A DNA stretch of 64,000 nucleotides, from assembly GCA_965230755.1 (NCBI GenBank), contig CBDDLT010000005.1, forward strand, positions 221,467-285,466, in the 5' to 3' direction. How positions within the stretch are numbered: position 1 is the first letter of the stretch; each line of letters begins with the position of its first letter. Below are positions 58,296-64,000 of this stretch, in pieces. Made by a program: the position numbers and the translations under genes. Source of the DNA: Saprospiraceae bacterium. Its GTDB lineage: Bacteria; Bacteroidota; Bacteroidia; Chitinophagales; Saprospiraceae. The notes below the pieces were generated by a model. The model was not told the DNA's origin and did no database searches. It saw only the letters and a program-made list of their open reading frames with translations.

Positions 58296-61200
58296 TTATC
58301 TAACCAATTCAAACTCTCCCTCGCCTACCAACACGTTATCGTCTTTCCAACTTATCGCCTCAACTTGATAGAAGTAAACACCAGGAGGTTGTTGTTTTCC
58401 TTTATGGTATCCATCCCAACCAATATCCAGGTCATCAGTCTCAAATACTTTCTCTCCCCATCGGTTGAATATTCTAAAATATCTCAATTCCTTAATTGCC
58501 CATCCTTCCAGATATATGATATCATTCACGCTATTCCCATCCGGAGTGAACAAGTCAGGTATTCTCAGCTTTTCTTCCTCAATGACTTCAATATTGTAGG
58601 TATACCTCGTCTCAAAACAATTCAAGACATCCGTGATGCTTAAAGTATACATCTCATCATTGAATATCTGAATATAGGGATTAGGACAATCATAACAAGA
58701 AAGCCCTGTCATAGGAGTCCAATCAAAACTGAGGAACTGATCCTGAGGAACAGGCAAGAAAGCGGTGTCGCCAATTACAATGGATGTATCCCAAGCAAAA
58801 GGTGGAATCGGTAAAATTACATCAACTTGTACTGGGGCGCTTCCCTCACAACCCAGGCTATCTTCCTCTATCAACTCATAGGTTCTGGTCATCTGTGGGA
58901 TAGCACTTAAAGAGAATCCCGTATTGCTGATTACCGAAGAATCTATTACCCAGTCATAAAAACTATTCACGCTGGGATTGTCAACAAAAATTTGAGCAGT
59001 ATCTCCTAGACATATAGTATCCCCAATGCCTCCCGGCACCGGCAAAGGATAGATTAAAATTTCTTTACTGATTGTATCCACACACGATAAACTATCACTT
59101 GTAACTGACAGAGTAACAACATAATAACCGCTGTCCGGGTAGGTGTGAATTACTGAATCACCTTGCCCAATCGTTCCGTCACCAAAGTCCCATGTCAAAT
59201 TATCCGCATTGGTCGAAGTCGAATAGAAAGGATAATCTCCTAAGCACAGCGCCGTATCTATTCCATCATTTCTAGTGAAGTCTGCCACTACTTCATGTAT
59301 CCGAATGGGTACATCTCGAATAGCTGTACATACACCGGAAGGGCCAAACAAGGTCAGTGTTGCCGTTGTCCTGCCTGAAGAGGGATTAAAGTCATATTGA
59401 TGGATCACTGGATTTTCATTCTCGACAATTACTCCATCACCGAAATCCCATTCGAAACGCGATACATCGACCGTATCGGTAAAAGCAAACTCGACAGATT
59501 CTCCCTTACAGATTAAAGCCGAATCAAGGATGATTTCCCCTTCAGGCCCTATCACCTCAAACACTCTTAAATCAGTGGTGTCAAAACATCCATTGAGTGT
59601 CTTGGCCACGAGTTGAACCTCATATATCCCTTTTTCAAAGGTGAAGCCCGGATTGGCTATTTCAGATTCTAACTCTCCGTTGATATACCAGTCATAACTT
59701 AGAAAGTGGTTCGAAATAGTAGTATCTGTGAATATAATAGTAGCCGGGTTGCAATAGACAGAACTGGTATCCTGATTGGTAAAATATCCGGCTTGAGGAT
59801 AAGCCTGAACTTCTATTGTTTCTCTTATCTCATTGGTACATCCGGTGGCATCTTCTTCAATTGTTAATATGACTTCATAAATCCCTTCATCTGGAAAACT
59901 CACATCGAAACTGGCACTGTCGGACATGGTTCCTACACTATCTAAAATATTCCATTGATAATTGAGGAAGGATCCTTCTGAAGTAAAATCTGTTGCCGAA
60001 ACGGTAACAATATCTTCAACACATATCTTTCTCGATCTCGTTACGGAAATTTCACTTTTCGGCTCATAGACCGTTATTTCCCGATCCAACGTGTCTTTAC
60101 ATCCCAAGGCATCCGTCGCAATATGTGTCACTGTGATCAAAGAACTATCTGCAAATCCATCCAAATAATCATGGCTGACGAAAGAGTCTGTATAATATCC
60201 ATTATCACCAGTGAAAAACTCGTATAATACTATAGAGGTATCCCCTGTGCTGAATGAAGTGAAATCAATGCTCGATGGCAAACAAATAGAAGTATCACTG
60301 ATGGCAAAATTTACATCTTGACTATAAGGTCTGAATTCGACCGTATCGCGATCAGTACACCCATTCACATCGACTACCTCAAGAATTAAAGAATGAAATC
60401 CATCCGTAGGAATGCCTTGTAGGATATTGGGTGATCCTGTTTTTCTGGTTCTCAAACCTGAAGATTCAGAAAATTCCCAAGTATATCCCTTACCGCAAGC
60501 CATAACAACATCAGTAGAATTAGAACCACTAAAAATATACTCCTCACCACCACAAAGACGTAAAGGTTCTGGCTGCAAGGTAAATCTTGAATCATAAACC
60601 TCGAGATTAGCCTCTGGTTCCCGAATAAACACCTCTTCGAACTTAATATTATCCGGACAATCAGCACTTCTCGCCACCAGTCCAATGATAAAATCCCCGG
60701 TAGTTGGAAATTCATAACTAAACATTGGATTCTGGTATTCCGGATCATTGCCAAAGTTCCAAGTAAAACTATCCGCATTCTGTGTAGTATTGGTTATGGT
60801 AATCACCCGCTGACTATCACATGAAATTACATATTCGAAATCCGCCTTGGCTCCTTTGATATCGATATAGTCTTCTTTCGTAACCTCTGTAAAACATCCG
60901 TTGTATTCTACTCTCAAGGTGACATCGGTAGGTCCAGTAGTAAAGTCGAATTCTTGAAGGACGCTGTTATCATTATAACATATATTCTCAGATCGCTCAT
61001 CCCCGTAGGACCAATACCATCCATCAATATTTGGATCATTGCTTGTTTCTGAAAGTGTGATATCTTCTCCCAAACATATTTCCGTCCTATCGGCGGTAAA
61101 ATCTATGCTGAGATTCGATCCCACTTCGATTAGTATACTTACGGATGTATCTATACATCCTGCTGTATTTTCTATTACTAAAAAAGCCTCGTATTCTCCT

Positions 61201-62702
61201 GGATCCGTATACTGGTGTGTAATTGGAACCGGAGATGCGAAATTTTGCATTTGTCCATCTCCAAAATGAAGCGTATAACTGACGATATTTTCCAGTGATT
61301 GGGTAAAGTAATCGAATTCTACATCCAAAGGAGCGCAACCGTCATCATCATCGACCAACAAAACAGCAAATGGTGCAAGCAGTGTATCCACCCAGGCCGT
61401 ATCAGCGACACAACCCGCCGAACTTGTAACAAAAAGAAGTCCACTGGAATAAAAAGGTCCTATTTGGTGGTAGTACGAAGTGTCAGGCATTTGCTTTTCA
61501 TGCATGATTTCTCGCCCAGTCAGAAAGTCAAGATTATCGAAAGTCCATGCGTACCTTCTACCGTTTTCCTGATTAGCTCTATAGGTATAAGAACTAGGAA
61601 ATTCACATAGATGTAGAGGATCTCTGGTAAAAGAAACATCTACATCTTCTACGTACACCCTCATCATAGTATCACTGGAGCAACTACCTCCAAGACTTGT
61701 TATTTTGAAATAAATGTCGTGAAATCCCGTCCTTGTGAAAGTAACATTATTGCTTTGATTAGTAGATGTCTGAGGAATGGCATCCGGACCAAAATCCCAT
61801 TCATACTGTGCATTGCTCACTAAAGAACTGATGAGATTAGGCCCATCAAAACACATGGTATCACGGACTGTATTTTGCAAACCGGGTTGACTAATATTTA
61901 TAGTTCGAGTTCTAAAATTCGAACAGCCCGCGTCTTCACTAGTGACCGTAAGTCTTACATCGTAACTCCCAGGCTCGGTATAGGTCACATTGCCCGGAGT
62001 AAACTCATCTGAAGTCTGACCATTATCAAAATCCCAACTATACGTGATTCCAGTTCCTGTTTCAGAAGTATTCTCGAAGCTAACCGTAAACGGTGCATCA
62101 CAAGAAAAACTTCCGGGATTGATATTAAAGTCTACATTGAGCTCCTCTCCTACCTCGATATAATCCGTCTTCACAATCGTCGTATCACAACTTGGAAAAT
62201 TTGTACTGATACTCAAGCCAACTGTATATTCACCTTGATCATTATATATATAAGTCGGACTTACTCCATTGTTATTTCCACCATCTCCAAAAGTCCATGT
62301 TCTGGAAGTAACTTGAATAGGAGCAGTATAATCTGTGATGTCTGTAAAATTAACTTGCAACGGCGCACAACCTATGGCTGGATCACCAACAAAATCCAAA
62401 TCAGGCTTGGAAAATACCTCGATGGTCAATGTTCCAATTTGAGTTCCACCCTCACCTTCGAAAAGCGTAACCGTATATGTTCCCGGATTGATAAAATTGT
62501 GTTCCGGATTCTGTAAATTCGAACTTGTGGATCGATCATCAAAATCCCAAAAATAAGCACTCAAGCCTCCAGGTCCTTGAAATTCAACCTCTAACGGAGC
62601 ACAACCTTGGGTAATATTGGATGTTTGAGCAAAGATGCTTAGGGAAAGAAGAATGAGAGACAAGAGTACCCCAATTCTCAAGATGGTAATTTTGTTCGCC
62701 AT
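58296..62702 (-). CDS. Giant PKD-repeat surface protein with gliding-motility-associated (T9SS type-B) C-terminal domain
   Basis: Signal peptide from the Met at 62702. More than 10 PKD-like units (GCAPLEVEF..., GCAPLQVNFTD...). The C-terminus IPDLFTPDGNSVNDIIYLEGWAIKELRYFRIFNRWGEKVFETDDLDIGWDGYHKGKQQPPGVYFYQVEAIS matches the type-B CTD. Confidence 0.8.
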   Translation of the reverse strand: MANKITILRIGVLLSLILLSLSIFAQTSNITQGCAPLEVEFQGPGGLSAYFWDFDDRSTSSNLQNPEHNFINPGTYTVTLFEGEGGTQIGTLTIEVFSKPDLDFVGDPAIGCAPLQVNFTDITDYTAPIQVTSRTWTFGDGGNNNGVSPTYIYNDQGEYTVGLSISTNFPSCDTTIVKTDYIEVGEELNVDFNINPGSFSCDAPFTVSFENTSETGTGITYSWDFDNGQTSDEFTPGNVTYTEPGSYDVRLTVTSEDAGCSNFRTRTINISQPGLQNTVRDTMCFDGPNLISSLVSNAQYEWDFGPDAIPQTSTNQSNNVTFTRTGFHDIYFKITSLGGSCSSDTMMRVYVEDVDVSFTRDPLHLCEFPSSYTYRANQENGRRYAWTFDNLDFLTGREIMHEKQMPDTSYYHQIGPFYSSGLLFVTSSAGCVADTAWVDTLLAPFAVLLVDDDDGCAPLDVEFDYFTQSLENIVSYTLHFGDGQMQNFASPVPITHQYTDPGEYEAFLVIENTAGCIDTSVSILIEVGSNLSIDFTADRTEICLGEDITLSETSNDPNIDGWYWSYGDERSENICYNDNSVLQEFDFTTGPTDVTLRVEYNGCFTEVTKEDYIDIKGAKADFEYVISCDSQRVITITNTTQNADSFTWNFGNDPEYQNPMFSYEFPTTGDFIIGLVARSADCPDNIKFEEVFIREPEANLEVYDSRFTLQPEPLRLCGGEEYIFSGSNSTDVVMACGKGYTWEFSESSGLRTRKTGSPNILQGIPTDGFHSLILEVVDVNGCTDRDTVEFRPYSQDVNFAISDTSICLPSSIDFTSFSTGDTSIVLYEFFTGDNGYYTDSFVSHDYLDGFADSSLITVTHIATDALGCKDTLDREITVYEPKSEISVTRSRKICVEDIVTVSATDFTSEGSFLNYQWNILDSVGTMSDSASFDVSFPDEGIYEVILTIEEDATGCTNEIRETIEVQAYPQAGYFTNQDTSSVYCNPATIIFTDTTISNHFLSYDWYINGELESEIANPGFTFEKGIYEVQLVAKTLNGCFDTTDLRVFEVIGPEGEIILDSALICKGESVEFAFTDTVDVSRFEWDFGDGVIVENENPVIHQYDFNPSSGRTTATLTLFGPSGVCTAIRDVPIRIHEVVADFTRNDGIDTALCLGDYPFYSTSTNADNLTWDFGDGTIGQGDSVIHTYPDSGYYVVTLSVTSDSLSCVDTISKEILIYPLPVPGGIGDTICLGDTAQIFVDNPSVNSFYDWVIDSSVISNTGFSLSAIPQMTRTYELIEEDSLGCEGSAPVQVDVILPIPPFAWDTSIVIGDTAFLPVPQDQFLSFDWTPMTGLSCYDCPNPYIQIFNDEMYTLSITDVLNCFETRYTYNIEVIEEEKLRIPDLFTPDGNSVNDIIYLEGWAIKELRYFRIFNRWGEKVFETDDLDIGWDGYHKGKQQPPGVYFYQVEAISWKDDNVLVGEGEFELVR

Positions 62703-62900
62703 AATGTCTTGGAATTTATAAATACTATAGATGTATAAAGCAAATGCAGCCTTAAAACGCTGCATAAAATTTATAACGAACTCAATATTAATAATTTTTA
62801 GTGGTAATTTATTTTTAATATGAATAATATTTTATAATTTTCGTTCCCCTATGCAGCTTTTTCCTTGTGCTTGGGTTTCTTAATCTAAAAGGCGATAATA

Positions 62901-63698
62901 ATGAAAGGAATCTTTACCCAAATTGTCTTATTGTGCTTTTCTTTGACGATGGTCGTCGGGCAATCATTTCATACAAGGCACCAATCTCTTCCTTGTGTCG
63001 ACAGAAATTTTTCCGTCGTGGCCAATGTGTTTGTCGACTCTCTAAATAACCCAATTGTAGATATAGATACGGTCAATATGGCCCTTGATATTGTCAATGA
63101 AATGTTTTCACCCATTTGTGTTAGCTTCGAAGTTTGCGAATTCAATGTTCTTCCCAATTATAGATTCGACACTTTAGGAGTGAATAGAGAGTTTGTAGAA
63201 ATTCAGAGTAAGTTTAATAAAGACAATAGAATCAACCTATACTTTGTCAACCGACTTGGGGAATTCCCTTACTTAGACTGGGGATTGACAACTAGAAACG
63301 GAATTAACATCTATGACGGAGGAGCTATTGTCTTGGAAAAAATGAATGTGGAAAGGATACTTCCGCACGAACTGGGACATTTCTTTGGACTATTGGATAC
63401 CTACGAAGGGGGAAATGAGTTGGTCAATGGTTCGAATTGCACAACCGCAGGAGATTTGCTTTGTGATACACCGGCAGATCCATACGTTCAAGGCTCAAGC
63501 GGAACCGCTCCTATAAATGATGTTTGTGAATACTACCCAGCCACAGCACCTCAGGATAGCAATGGAGATTACTACATTCCTGACGTCTGTAACGTAATGA
63601 GCAGATATGAAGGAGACGCGTGCAGTTATCATTTTTCTTATGAACAATTGAAGTTGATGGCTGACACTTACCTGAATGGTCCTAAATTAATGTGGTAA
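62901..63698 (+). CDS. Secreted zinc metalloprotease (HExxHxxGxxD motif, snapalysin/M7-like zincin)
   Basis: Signal peptide MKGIFTQIVLLCFSLTMVVGQ. HELGHFFGLLDTYEG carries the zinc ligands. Cys-rich C-terminal part. Family assignment is from motif only. Confidence 0.6.
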   Translation: MKGIFTQIVLLCFSLTMVVGQSFHTRHQSLPCVDRNFSVVANVFVDSLNNPIVDIDTVNMALDIVNEMFSPICVSFEVCEFNVLPNYRFDTLGVNREFVEIQSKFNKDNRINLYFVNRLGEFPYLDWGLTTRNGINIYDGGAIVLEKMNVERILPHELGHFFGLLDTYEGGNELVNGSNCTTAGDLLCDTPADPYVQGSSGTAPINDVCEYYPATAPQDSNGDYYIPDVCNVMSRYEGDACSYHFSYEQLKLMADTYLNGPKLMW

Positions 63699-63700
63699 TT

Positions 63701-64000
63701 ATGAGAAGAATTTTACTTTTTGCAGCAGGGCTTTTGCTCGTAGCTGGGTTAAATGGTCAAGATATTCATCTTAGCCAGTTTTATACCAACAATCAAATGG
63801 TCAACCCGGCCTTGGTCGGAGACAATAATGGTGATACGCAAATTGGCCTCAATTATAGGAATCAATGGCCGCAAATCAATAAGCCGTTAACCACTACTGC
63901 CCTATCGATTGAGAAAAGGCTCTACAAGGATATTCAAGAATATCAAATCGGATTCTTAGTCGTTAATGACCGTTTCGAGCCTTTTGATGTTAATCGCATA
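63701..64000 (+). CDS. PorP/SprF-family T9SS outer-membrane protein (3'-partial)
   Basis: Signal peptide, then QDIHLSQFYTNNQMVNPALVG, which matches the PorP/SprF N-terminal signature (QD..FSQY..N....NPA.AG). The start is 3 nt after the metalloprotease stop. Confidence 0.65.
   Translation, partial: MRRILLFAAGLLLVAGLNGQDIHLSQFYTNNQMVNPALVGDNNGDTQIGLNYRNQWPQINKPLTTTALSIEKRLYKDIQEYQIGFLVVNDRFEPFDVNRI

Overview
This is an AT-rich chromosomal segment from a Bacteroidota organism, probably Flavobacteriia or Cytophagia. The lineage call rests on the RuvA-SprA synteny, several type IX secretion (T9SS) C-terminal sorting domains and a PorP/SprF-family gene. Most of the window is ordinary core genome: accA, dprA, ruvA, sprA, a histidine kinase/response regulator pair, sodA, pfkA, tdk, a PcrA/UvrD helicase, pdxH, a TolC-adaptor-RND efflux operon, anmK, aconitase and mscL. 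Scattered among these are T9SS-secreted cargo proteins (an M23 peptidase, and SBBP-repeat, Kelch, Cys-rich and giant PKD proteins) and two SPFH/flotillin loci. The one clearly accessory region is a compact element of about 5.5 kb (1691-7219) inserted at the 3' end of tRNA-Asp(GTC). It is bounded by a 15-bp perfect direct repeat of the tRNA 3' end, which extends to 18/20 bp. It encodes a tyrosine integrase, an AlpA/excisionase-like helix-turn-helix protein and four orphan ORFs with no recognisable family. It ends in an array of about 7 iterons (ACGCAYG..AAGGTTTTTT, mostly ~30-bp spaced), with identical 21-bp direct repeats just inside both ends. I read this as a minimal integrative island, possibly replicative or phage-satellite-like, carrying uncharacterised cargo. 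It is the best candidate in the window for an undescribed system. No CRISPR array, rRNA gene or IS transposase was seen.
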